Positions 30,111-43,200 of a DNA stretch of 44,092 bases are shown here, piece by piece. Position 1 is the stretch's first letter, and every line of letters begins with the position of its first letter. Under the pieces are notes generated by a model. That model did not search any database and was not told the DNA's origin. It saw nothing but the letters and a program-made list of their open reading frames with translations. Origin of the DNA: an uncultured Clostridia bacterium (GTDB lineage: Bacteria; Bacillota; Clostridia; Christensenellales; UBA1242); assembly GCA_944332315.1 (NCBI GenBank), contig CALVJT010000006.1:1-44092 (forward strand), written 5' to 3'. Made by a program: the position numbers and the translations under genes.

Positions 30111-30413
30111 ATGGATAAAGACGAAATTATATTAAGGATTAGTAAATTAAGGCAACGAAATAATTTATCGGCACGCGCTTTGAGCCTTAGAATAGGCAAG
30201 CACGAAACATACATCAATAGAATGGAACAAAATAGATTTGAACCATCTTTTAGTACCCTTAAAGAAATACTTGATGTTTGCAATTGTTCCTTTGAGGAGT
30301 TTTTTGCTGATGATTTTGAGCATTACAACACAAACATAATTCTACAAAAAACCATTCAAAAACTAACCGCCCCGCAAAGGGAAGCTCTTTTAGATTTTCT
30401 TAATAAATTATAA
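30111..30413 (+). CDS. XRE-family helix-turn-helix regulator
   Basis: RISKLRQRNNLSARALSLRIGKHETYINRMEQNRFEPSFSTL; start reassigned to ATG 30111 (RBS AAGGTG). Confidence 0.9.
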   Translation: MDKDEIILRISKLRQRNNLSARALSLRIGKHETYINRMEQNRFEPSFSTLKEILDVCNCSFEEFFADDFEHYNTNIILQKTIQKLTAPQREALLDFLNKL

Positions 30414-30666
30414 ATAAATTGATGAGTGCTTAAAACACTATTAAATTAAATAAGTATAATAAGTATAATGGATTTTGTATAAGTTTATAACTAAAATTTT
30501 TGCTTTTCAAACCTAATAGAAAGATAAAACTTAGCTGAGAGCATTTTACTTTACTAAATATTTTTAATTAAGTTTATGATGTTGCTTATAGCCCATCGCT
30601 TAATAGCAAAATACTAATAGTAGCTACAATATAAAAAGAATATACATATTGTTAAAAAGGAAATAT

Positions 30667-30933
30667 ATGGCAAGACGACCGACGAAAACTGTAGAAATAA
30701 ATTTACATGGCTTAAAAGAATATGAGGCACGCGCTAAACTCAACGAAGTATTAGAACGCCTACCAAACGATGTAAAAATATTAAAAGTGGTGCATGGATA
30801 TCACGGTGGACAAGTACTAAAAAATATGGTGCGCTATGAATATGTGCACTACCGCATAGACTACATCCAGCCCCTGTATGGCAATGATGGCGAAACCTGG
30901 TACTACCTAAAGCCCGACCCTGATAAAAACTGA
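30667..30933 (+). CDS. Stand-alone Smr (MutS2 C-terminal) domain protein
   Basis: EINLHG, VVHGYHGGQVLK, GNDGET; probable ATG at 30667 (RBS AAGGA). Confidence 0.85.
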   Translation: MARRPTKTVEINLHGLKEYEARAKLNEVLERLPNDVKILKVVHGYHGGQVLKNMVRYEYVHYRIDYIQPLYGNDGETWYYLKPDPDKN

Positions 30934-31043
30934 TTTTTGCACCCCCATCATTGACACAAAGTCAAAAAAAATTCTATAATCCATATTGTTTTGTCTATTC
31001 ATTACGATAGCCCCCAACATTTTTCATAGAATCGTTAAAAATA

Positions 31044-31084
31044 AAAAAATCATTCGCCTAACCCCTAGCGAATGATTTTTTTAT
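31044..31084. terminator. Strong bidirectional terminator
   Basis: AAAAAAATCATTCGC-ctaaccccta-GCGAATGATTTTTTT. Confidence 0.85.
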
Positions 31085-31221
31085 TATTTCAATTTGAATA
31101 TTTATTGTTGTATTGTAAATATTGATATATTATACATAGTTTATTATTTAGGTATATATAGTTATATAAAATTTATACTTAAATGCTATATAACCACATT
31201 TTACAAAGGCTTTTTTTGTTA

Positions 31222-34200
31222 TCAATGGCCTTTAGTATCAATCAATTCCCTAATTTTATCTCTGCTATGCTTCTTTTTATAAGCTTTAATACTCAAGTAA
31301 ACTACTAATGCTATAACTGCAAGGCAAAGAATTGCTCCAACAATTATTAGTGGTATTTTTATAAAGTTTTCTATACTTACATTTACAGTTAAATTGCCTT
31401 GTATGTTGGATAGACTTTGGTCATAGGCAACCCTATCGCCAAAACCTAGTTCAACTTGAGGCACATCGGTCAAAGTACCACCGTGTTCCACAGTTTTAAT
31501 AACAGTAGTGCCATCTGGCATTATAAATGTTACAGTGTAGACATTTATTGTATAAACTGCATTAAATACCATATTGCTGGTTATGACAAAATCGTCAAAG
31601 TAGATTTTTTCGCCATTAGCATTTTGTAAGTAATACCTAATGTTTCCATCAACAGTTTCTTGGTATACACGCCATGTCACATTGTTGCTATCAACATAGC
31701 TATAGTATGGAGCCACTTGCGTGTAGCCAGTTAATGAAGGCAATGTAGGCAATGTAAAGCCCGCCAAAGTTGAACCAAAGGTTGCGTATCTTAATTCAGT
31801 TTGTCCATTTATTACAAATGAAATTACCAAATCATTGAGTTCGTACCTACCATAGAGAGAAAGATTTCTATCAATTGTAGTATTAAAGTCGAACACACGA
31901 GTAAGATCGCTATCATAGTACCATGAAACTATATGATTGCCCTCTGGCACTTCAATATCGTTAGGTGCAATTACCTTGCCATTATAAGCCACTTGTCTTG
32001 TTGCGCGCAACTGACCATCAACATAGAACTCTACAGTAAACACAATTGCTTCGTATTTGCCATAAATATACATATCTTGCGTTACTGTTGTGCCCTCAAA
32101 ATCAAATGGTTGTTCAAAATTAGCATCTGCATACCAACCAATTAGATTGTAGCCCTCAATATTAACTATATTAGCTTCTGGTAGTGTTACAAATTCGCCA
32201 TAGTCTCTGTACTGTCTTGTAATAACTCTATTGCCGTTCATAAATCTAATTTCAAACGAATCAGCAATATAGTGCCCATACAACTCTATGTCGCCCGTAA
32301 CTTGCGAATTAAAGTTATATAATTCGCTTGAGCCATACAAACACCAACCCCAGAAATTATAGCCTTCCATATAAGGATCGGTAGGTCTTGTTGCAGTATC
32401 CATATAAGCAACATACTGCACTTGCCCGTACTGTTGAGGGTTTTCCTCGCTGAGATAGAATGTTACAGTGTAAGTTGCCCTTGTGTACTCGGCATACAAA
32501 GTGATATCCTCATATATGCGCTCGGTTGCAAAATCAAATTCTTGTGTAAGAGCGCTATCCTTATACCAAGCCACAAAATCGTAGTGCAATAGCGTAGGAT
32601 CCTCTGGCGGTTCTATCAAACTGCCGTAAGGAACGCTTGTATAAGGCGCTACATACGAGCCATCTATGGAGTTAAATGTTACAACATAGGTGTTTATTGT
32701 AAGCCCTTCTACCCTAACCATAATATTATCGGCAACTCTATTAATATAGTATACACCATTGATGTTTAGTATTGGAGTATCGTTAGCATATACTTGAAGT
32801 ACACTTTCGTTATACGCTTCCTTAACCTCGATGCTAAATGCAAAGTCGTTGTTATAGTAAACTTCATTAGGGTCGTACCCCTCTACTACATTTATTATAG
32901 CAGCATTAGAATCAAGTTGAGGTAAAGTTATAGTATACTTTTCAATTACCCAATATGCAACAAGTGTTAAATCATTTGTATAGTTGAACGGAGTACTTGG
33001 AGTAATTTCGTCACCCTGAGGTTCGCCATCAATAATTGCGGTGTACCATCCAGAGAATATATACCCCTCGCGCGTTGCGGTAGGCCAATCTGTAGCAAGT
33101 GCACCAAATGTACTACCATATTGCGCTTGCGTTGCGATTGGACGCGCAGTACCGTTGTTTGCATCGTAGTAAACATTATATATTGCACCTGACCACTGTG
33201 CTGTCAACTTAAACTCTTGCCCTTGTACTGTAGTCAAATTTTGTACAAGTGCTTTATCATCGTAGAATCTACCTTGCGTATCTACCCAACGATCAAACAC
33301 ATACCCTTCTCTTGTAAAGGTGTTTGTCGAAAGCACTTTTGCAACATCGTATGTAAATACTTGTGGCTCCATTGTACCTTCACCACCACCAGCATCAAAT
33401 ACAATGGTATATGTAATTGCTTTCCAACTTGCAATTAAGGTATAGTTACCAGCACCAATTGTAAATTGTCCATCTACCAAAGAGCCTTGCCCTTCAACAC
33501 TGGCAACCTCTGTCCAGCCTTCAAATGTGTATCCTTCTCGGATAGGATCAGATACTGTATAAGGTTCTCCGCCGTAAGGTAAAGATTTCTCGACTGCTGT
33601 GCTAGAACCTTCGTAAGTTCCACCATTAGGGTCTATTACAAGCGTAAAGTTAGAGCTCCTAAAGTCTGCAACCAAGGTTTGAGCTGTAAGCCACTCTATT
33701 TGATAGGTATTTGTGTACTGTTGATCATCTATAAACCAACCGCTAAATTCGTAGCCGTTTAGCGTTACGGTTGGCAAGATACCGAGCGTACCACCATACT
33801 GATATGTCCTTGATAAGGTTTTGTTACCTGAATTATAGTCCCACTCATCTTCATTGTAGGTACCAAAAGTACCGCCATTAGCATCAAGTGTTACTACAAT
33901 ATTTATAGCTTCAAATACGCATCTAATTACAGCATTGCCTTCGCCCATAGTAAATGTCCATTGGCTACCATCGCCACCATTAGGGTCGAGAGTTCCACCA
34001 CCAGATTCTACTACTTCGTATTCGATAAAGTCATATCCAGCTTTATGAGGCAACGAATCATCATCAAACTCTAAAGTAATTTGATTTGTAGCCGATGCTT
34101 GCACTGAGTAGCGAGTCAGCTCCTGCCCGTCAACGGTGATAGCCCCGCCATCTAGCTCAAGCGTGAGCAAGTAGGTGCTAGTGCCCCAGTGTGCATAAAC

Positions 34201-37200
34201 AATTGTATCATTCTCTATTTTTACTGTTACAATAGAAGTTATTTGATCGGCACCATCATCCTGTCCCAAGAACCAACCTAGGAACACGCTATTGCCATCT
34301 TTAGGCAATGCAGGCAATGCGCCGTATGGACTATCGTATGTTACAGTTTTTGTAGCCGTATTGCCATTAACTGTCCATCCATCAGAACCAGTAGAAGCAG
34401 GAATATCTACATCGTGACCATTCAAATCAAAGGTCAAGGTAAATTCTCTAGCTTCATATATAGCCTCTACAGAGGCATTGGAATCTGTAAATATAAACTT
34501 CCAAACACCATCTTCATTTGTAATTTGACCAGAGCCTGAAGTAATCCTAAATTCAATAAAATCATATCCTGTTTTTTGCGGGTCTGCACTAAATGTATAT
34601 GACTGCCCTATTTGCATTTGTTGAGGTGCAATAGTGCTTTGCCCACCAATTGTACCGCCATTTAGGTCAATAGTTAAAGTATATGTTATAGGAGTATATT
34701 TAGCGGTTAGCGTATGATCCTGAGAAATACTTACTGTTGTTGCACCAACAACAATGTTGCCATCGGATGTTTGCCAGCCATCAAATGTGTAGCCCGCTTT
34801 ATAGGCAGTAGGTAGAGTGCCATCTATGGCATCATATCTATCGCCAAAGTAAACGCTAATTTGTACAGTTTCGCCCAAATCACCTTCGGCGCCTTGAATA
34901 GTTCCGCCATCGGCATCCAAAGTAACCTTCAAGGTTTGTGCTCTATATGTTGCAGTGATGACTGCATCAGTTGAGCCAAATGTAAATGTATAAATTCTAT
35001 TTGCGCCCTCGCCAGTCGATGTCAACTCGCCATCATCGCTGAGTAAGGTATATGTATCAAACTCATAGCCTTCCTTAGTAGGCACACCAAATTGAATTGT
35101 AGAACCAAAAGGTCTTTCCCATTGAGTTAGCCCGCCTTCGGTAGCAAGCGTACCGCCATCCAAAATCAAAGTTAGGGTGGAGGTTTTTTCGCGCCAATCA
35201 GCATAAAGAGTGTGATTGCCCTCTACATTTACTGTGGTAGACGATATGATGTAATCTTGATCGCTAGGATTTTGTTTCCAACCAGCAAAGTTGTAGCCAT
35301 CTCTTGTAGGAGTAGGCAATGCCCCATAGGATAGTCCATAGGTTACATTTATTGTAGTTGTATTTAATCCACTTTCAAACATACCTAAACCAGCATCAAG
35401 GGTAACTACGCCCTGTTTAGCAAGCCAATTTGTAACAAGTACTACATCGGTATCGCCAAGCACGAAGCTAACAATACCACCTTGAATAGAGTATGTACCC
35501 TCTCCGCTTTGGTCAAAGCCATCAAAATCGTATCCATACCTTGTAGGCTGATTGAATTCTATAGTTTGCCCAAACTCGCCTGAGTATTCTTTATATGCAA
35601 CATTATCGCCTTCATCAATGGAGCCACCGTTAAGGATAACACGAAGCGTCCATTTTTGAATTTCCCAATGAGCATACAATGTGTGCGCTTCGGCACGCGA
35701 TACAAGTTGTGTAGAGTAGACAATATCGCCGTCCACGCTTTGAGTATACCAACCTGTAAAGTCATAACCAGTTCTTGTAGGTGTTGGCAATGTACCATAT
35801 GGCATACCATAAATTATATCCTTAGATGCCACGGTGTTGCCACCATCAGCGCCTTGATAATCGAAAGTTAGCAAGTAGGTTTCGGCTTTCCAACTAGCAG
35901 TTATTGTGCCGTTGCTTGAGCCAAAGGTGTAGATGAACGCATCGCCATCCTCTTCAATATTTCCGCCACCGGTTAGTACCCAGCCTTCAAACTCGTAGCC
36001 CGTTCTTGTAGGCATAGCAATAGGCTGTGTGGCATCTATACTGCCTGTATATTGCGTGATATCCGAAGTTCCGTTAAATGTTCCGTTGTTAGGGTTTACA
36101 AACAAAGTGTACTCTATTTTTTCATACTGAGCATAAAGTCTGAAATCTTCATCCATTTCAACTCTACTGCTTGTATTCATTTGCACTCCGCCATTGCCCG
36201 AAACAGTGAACCAGCCCTTAAAGCGGTAGCCATCTAATTGAGCAACTGGCAAATCGCCATAAGTTGCGCCAAAGTCGTAGGCCTTTGTACCGGTTTTTCT
36301 ATCCTCGCTTACAGATATACCTGTGCTTGTTATGATACCTTCAACAGCATCAAATGTTACAACTATTAGTTTAGGTGACCACTGAGCTACTATTGTTGTA
36401 GTGCCCTCGCCAAAGATAAACGCAAAGCCTTCCTCAACGCTTCCTTCAACGGAGCCATAGGTTGTAGTGTTGTTCCAGCCCGTAAATTCATAGCCATAAC
36501 GCTCAGGAATTAGCAAGTCAATTCTTGAGCCATAACTGTTTGTAAAGGTAGTTGTGCCACTTTCGCCATCATATGTACCCCCGTTAGGGTTGATTATAAG
36601 GTTATAATTGATATCCGAAAATTTAGCAGTTACGGTAAAGTTTTCAAGCAAAGATACATCCAATGTATCGTAAATTCGATTGCCATTTTCCATATACCAG
36701 CCATCGAACATCTGCCCTATTTTGTACATATTTGGCAAAATGCCAAATGGTTCGCCGTAGAATACTGTAAGGGTTGCTGAATCGTCATACACATCGCCCT
36801 CAAAGCCTACAGTATCAACATAACTTGCACCAGCAAAGTTAAATGTAACTTGTACCGAAATTGGGTTCCAGCGCGCAACAAGTGTATGATCCTCGGCACG
36901 CGTCACAATAGTTTCCTCGGTAATTTTTTCGTCTAGCAAATACCATCCATCAAACTCATAGCCAACGCGCTCTACTTCTGGCAACTCATAAGGATAGCCA
37001 ACAAACAATCTTATCTGCGAATACTCCAAAACGCCACCTTGCGCGTTAAAGGTTACATTGATGTATTCGGTATCGTAGCGAGCATACAAAGTTTGATCGT
37101 CTGCAAGTGTTAAAAGCGAATCACTAAACACTTGTGTACCAACTTGTGGTGATGTAAACCAGCCAAGGAATGCCATTGACCCGTGCGAAACGCTAGGCAA

Positions 37201-40200
37201 TGCCCCATACTGCTCGCCATAAGTAACTTGCTTTGTGGTTGTATGTCCGCCAACCTCGCCCTCAAAGCCTTCGTTGGCAATAATAGTACCCTCGCCAGCA
37301 TCAAATGTGATGGTGTACGAATTGGCTTTCCAATGAGCATAGAGCGTCATATTAGATGAAACTTGATAATCACTCTCAATTTTTTCGCCTTCCTCTAGCT
37401 CAGTATACCAACCAAGGAACTCGTATCCAGCGCGAGTAGCGGTAGGCATAGTTTCGAAAGTATTGCCATACCTAATTTCCATTACGCTGATGTTAGTAGA
37501 ACCTAAGTTAGCATCAAAGTTTACAGTAAATGTCAAGACATTCCACCTAGCATAAAGTGTAATTTGCCCATTAACCTCATCAGTTAGATTTGTTACGCTA
37601 GCGCCATCACTATAACTTTGACCAGTGCCATCAGCCCTACTGTTCCAACCAGCAAACTCATAGCCTAAACGAGTAAATGTGTTAGCTGGCAATATAACTT
37701 GGCTTCCGTATGTTGTTTTAACAGAGTCCATTGTGCCATTGCCACCATTGCTACTAAAGTAGATAGTGTATTCATTAGGCGCCCATTGAGCCGAGATAAC
37801 AGCATCTTGAGACCCAAAGGTAAAGCTGTTTCTATTCGCCGTTCCGTTGCCAGATGTTATATTCCACCCAGTAAAGGAGTGTCCTACACGGTCTGGGGTC
37901 AATAAATCTATAGTTCCGCCAGCTTCTCCAGTAAACTCTACTACATCAGTAGAATTATTATAGCTACCGCCATTAGGATTTATAGTAAGCCTATATAATT
38001 GTGGAGCATATTTAGCTGTTAGGGTGATGTTCTCTTCCCAAGAAACAGTGCTGGTGCTATAAACTTCTGAGCCATTAGGGTCTACCCACGCCTCAAAAGT
38101 GTAGCCTGCTTTTACTAGGTTAGCCGCTGTTGGCAAATTGCCAAACGTTCCATCCGATTGAACTTGCAAATCAATTGTATTATCCTCTTGCACCTCTCCA
38201 AAAGCATCAACGTTTTGCCATGTTCCTTCGTTAGGATCAAGCGTCACAGTTATGGTTATTCTCTCCCACCCAGCTGTTAATGTTATATTTGTATCAGGGA
38301 AAAGGAATGTATATCCATTTTCCTCATCACCAACAAGCGAAACTTCGATAGGAGTTTGCGTGCCTGTGATAGTTGCAGTGTAGCCAGTAAATGCATAACC
38401 AAACCTTGTAGGTGCTTGTACTGGTACAGTAGAACCATAATCTCTAATTATTGCAGTTACATTGTTAGAACCATTATAAAGTCCACCATTAGGGTCTATT
38501 GTGAGTGTGAGCGACATTATTTGCCACTGAGCAAATAGTGTAACCTCGCCATTGTTTTCGAGCGTAAGATCTACAACACTAGTCCCATTACGGTAAGCAG
38601 TGCCGTTGCCATCTTTATCGGTATTCCAACCAGTAAAGTTGTAGCCTGTTCTATCAAAACCATTTTCTGTTAAATCAATGTATGTGCCAACTTGCGCATC
38701 CAAACTACTCATAGTCCCACTTGTAGCGCCGTTGCCATCAAAGTGAATTGTGTAGTTATTGGCGTTCCAAATAGCTATAATGCTACCATTGCCATTACCA
38801 AAAGTAAATACATAGGAGCCCGTGCTATCATCAACACTGCCTTTATAGTAATCGTTTTGTTGTACATTCCAGCCACCAAAATCGTAGCCTGCACGCTTAG
38901 GAAGTGGAAGTGTGATAGTTGTAGGGTTTTCTACATCATAAGAACCTGTGTAGGTGCCTGTAAACTCCTCGTCATCTACAGTACCGCCATCTAGGTTTAC
39001 AGATAATGTATATATTTTTTGAGTCCAATTAGCATAGAAAGTAGTGCCAGCCGTATCTATAACAGTATCGGTAGCAACAACTACATTTTCAAAAGTTGCT
39101 TCCCTAAACCATCCGGCAAAGGTATAGCCTTCATATACATCATTTGAAAGTACAGGCAAGCTCGAATACTTTTGCCCCACATAAACAATAATTTCTGCAG
39201 GTTCCTGAGCGCCCGCAGGGCCGTAGTTAAGCGTGATAGTTATAGGCTGTGCCTCCCAATTAGCTTGAATGCTTGCGTTGTCGTTGCCGAACAAATATCC
39301 ATAACCATTAATAGGGTCATTTACAAGTTGTCCAGCACTTTCTGGGCCGACATTAAAACCAGTTAGTTGATACCCTGGGCGCGTTATATCCGCAAACCAA
39401 ATAGTTTGACCATAGTCGCCCCTAATTGTTATTGTACCTGTTTGAGGCCCATCCTCGCCATCGTATGTACCACCATTAAGGTCTATCCAAAGAGTGTAGT
39501 TGCTTGCTCTCCACGCAGCATATAAATAGAAGTTTGTAACAGAATTTACAGTGGAAGCTGCCGTGATTTCCTCGCCTTCACCATTAGGTTGAGTAAACCA
39601 GCCCAAGAATGTAAATCCTTGTCGTGTAGGCGTTGGCAATTCCTCATACACAGTTTCGTAGCCAAACGAAAGTGTCAAAACATTTTGAGTTTGCCCTTCA
39701 ACATCAATGCTACCGCCTCGTGCATCAAATGTAACAACAACATATACAGGAGCATACTCTACATAAACTGTAATTGTATCCTCTTCCGACCTTACAACTC
39801 TCATTTCTCCAACAGGAGTTTCATCGTCAAGCAAATATTGATTTACAGTATATCCGGTTAATGTAGCAGTAGGCAACGTTCCATATGTATCACCATAATC
39901 TTTTTCTATGGTAGCAGTTTTATAATCGTTCGAAAGCTCGTAGCCAAAACTTTCGTTTTCAGTATCAAATGTACCATCGCCAGCATCAAAAACAACTGTA
40001 ATTGTTCTTGGAGTAAATATTGGTTCCAAGGACATATTCTCTGTTACATATGTACTATAATCTACAGGTTCATCTGTATCAACATCTTTATAGCCATCAA
40101 ATGTATAGCCCTCGAGTTCAATTTCTGGCAAAGTGCCAAGCTGATCGCCGTGATAGTAGGTTTTTCTTGCCGATGTGCCGCTTTGCTCAAATTCGTACAA

Positions 40201-43200
40201 CACTGTAAATGTCCCGCCCAATGAAGCAATAGATACGGTATATTCATATTGTTGCCACAAAGCATAAAGCACTACAGTACTGCCGTTTGCAATAGATAAA
40301 TCTACCACATTTTGACCATCTAGGTAAATAGTACCAGAGCCATCGCTATATTGCGTCCAACCTATAAAATCTGCTGTAGGGCTAGAAAATAGGTTTTGTG
40401 GTAATACAACGCTTACGCCGTACTGAGCAGTGATAGGCTCCATTGGCCCGCCAACTGCATCATCGCGGTTAGCATCAAACTCAATTGTGTATGTTATAGG
40501 TGCCCAGCATGCATATAACACCATACTTTCAATAACTGGGTCATACTCGCTAACATATGTAGTACCATTATATTCTTTAGCCCACCCAAGCAAAGTGTAG
40601 CCCTCGCGGGTAGTTGATGGCAAGTAGCCCAAAACTTCGTTATAATTATAAGTTCTTTCGGAAATAGAGCAGAAGCCACCATTTGCATTGAATGTAACGG
40701 TATACTTTTCAGGGCTAAACACGGCATAGAGCGTGATGTTTTCGGTAATTTTTACCGTACTATTTGGCAAATACTGATTGCCATCTCCATAGCGATCGTC
40801 AAACCACCCTAAAAAGCTTGCACCCGCTTGCGATACGCTCGGGAATACTCCATACTCGCTATCATAGTACACACTTTTGGTTGCTCTATTGTTTTGGATG
40901 CTTTCGGTTGGAAAGTTTTCATCCGCAACCAAAGTACCTGTGTTGCCATCAAAAGTGATAGTTATTGCTGCTGGATCCCATTGCGCTACCAAAGTGATAT
41001 CGGATGTAACAGTATCATCCTCGTTTGCTACACGGCTTGTATCGGTGTTATATACCCAGTGCTTAAAGGTAAAGCCACCGCGCGTAGGCTCAGGTAATTC
41101 GCCTATAACACTGCCATAATCGCGCGAAACTGTTGGAGTACTAACCTCGCCACCGTTTGCATCAAACACTACCATAAGTCTGTTTACATTGTAGTGCGCA
41201 TAAATTTCTAAATTGTAAACATATGTATATAAACTTGTAGATACAAATTGATCTGTTTTATCTATTGGATCTCCAAACCATCCAACAAAGTTTGAACCAA
41301 CAAGTTTAGGAGTAGGCAAAGTGCCTAAAGTCGAATTATAATCTATAGTTCTAGATGCAGATAGGTTATCTTCACTATAATCCCAACCATCTACCTGCGA
41401 AAGCGTTCCGCCTTGCCCATATAAAGTTACGGTAAACTGCATTGGAGCATAGTGAGCATAGAATGTTGCCCCAGCGGTGACAACATAACCTTGCTCGATT
41501 TGTTCATCATCACTAGTAAACCACCCAAGGAAAGTATAGCCTGTGTACCGAACATCAGGTAGCACCTCAATGCGAGAATTGTACTGATAGGATACAGTAG
41601 ATGTCGACCTACCCGTAACGCCATCAAATCCGCCAGTTTCTTGAATTATACCGCCCACTGCATCGTAGATGACATCGTACATTATGCTTTGCCATACGGC
41701 ATACAAAGTTATTACAGTGCCATTAGTGGATGTTAGATTTAGTACATTGCTACCATCACCATAAATGGTACCACTGCCCATTGCATCTAAACTCCAACCA
41801 CTAAACCTAAAACCACTGCGCTCATAAGTATTGGTTTTTAATTGACTTAATTGCCCGTACTTAAACTCAGATCGAGTCATTTCGGTGCCACCAGTAGCCC
41901 CGTTGCCATCGTAATTTACATAGTATGTGATAGGGTCCCACTTCGCCTGAATTATGGTGTTGCCACTATCAAAAGTAAAGATACCACCCTTATAAGTTCC
42001 AGGACCAGATGTTATTTCCCAAGTATTTAAGGTATAACCTTCTCTGTGCGGAGTTGGCAAAGTAAATGTATTACCTGGTTGGCCCTCCTCGGTTTGGAGT
42101 GGGTCTCCATTAACTTTATTTATTGTTAGCACATATGTATTTTCGGCGTAGTGAGCGTACAGCGCCATATCGTCTGAGTTTTTATAAATAGTAGATTCAT
42201 TGTACTGCGTTCCGCCAGTGCCACTTGTGTACCAACCAGTAGGGTTATAGCCTATTTTGCCTACAGTTGGCATAGGCCCTATTGCCTGATCGTATGTTAC
42301 AGTTTTAGTGTAGTATACGGAGTTGCCAGAACCTACTTGCGTAAAGCCCTCTACACTTACCCATTTTGCATCATCATCATTTTTGTAGAACGAAAGTGTA
42401 TAGGTTCTAGCTGTCCAATTGGCTGTAACTGAGCCATTGCCCGCACCAAATGTGTATCTTGTGCCGTTTACGCTACCAGCCCCGCTAGAGTTAGACCAGC
42501 TTGCAAATTGGTATCCCACACGCGTGGTAGTTGGCAAGGTTATTTGCTCGTTGATATTGCCAACAATAGTTATACTGTTAGTGCTGTTGTTATATGTACC
42601 GCCATTAAAGTTTATAGTTAGTGTATAATCTATTTCTCGCCAATGCGCATATAGCGTAGTTGCGCTAGGAAAACGCACTAAACTGCCCACATCGTAGCGC
42701 GTGCCACCAGAACTGCTTGTGTACCAACCATCAAACTCGTAGCCCGAGCGCGTTGGCGTAGGCATACTGCTTATGATATCTCCATAATCAAAGTGCTGAT
42801 ATGCCGTTTTGTTGGAAGCCGTCCAACCATTCATCCCCGTCCACTGCGAAGCATCAAAATCGGCCTCGTTTGCCTGCAAGGTTAAATTATAACTTAATGT
42901 TTTCCACTCGGCATATAGTGTTATAGAATTTGCCGTGGATGGTAGCATTGATACTCTTAAAACGGTAGAACTTGTAACAACGCTAGATGACGAAAGTGAA
43001 CTATCATAGTGCCAGTTTACGAACCCCCAGCCCTCTCTAGCCGGCTTTGTAAGAGAGCCAAATGTGCTATCCAATCTAACCGTTGTTGGCGCAACATAAC
43101 TACCGCCGTTGGTATTAAACGATACTGTTATGTTTGCTGGGGTCCAATTAGCATAAAGGGTATCGCTAGCAACATCCTCTCCCCATGATTGATAGGATGT

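Noticed and set aside
29784-30413. Prophage or ICE suggested by the XRE regulator
   Set aside because: No integrase, structural, replication or conjugation genes nearby.
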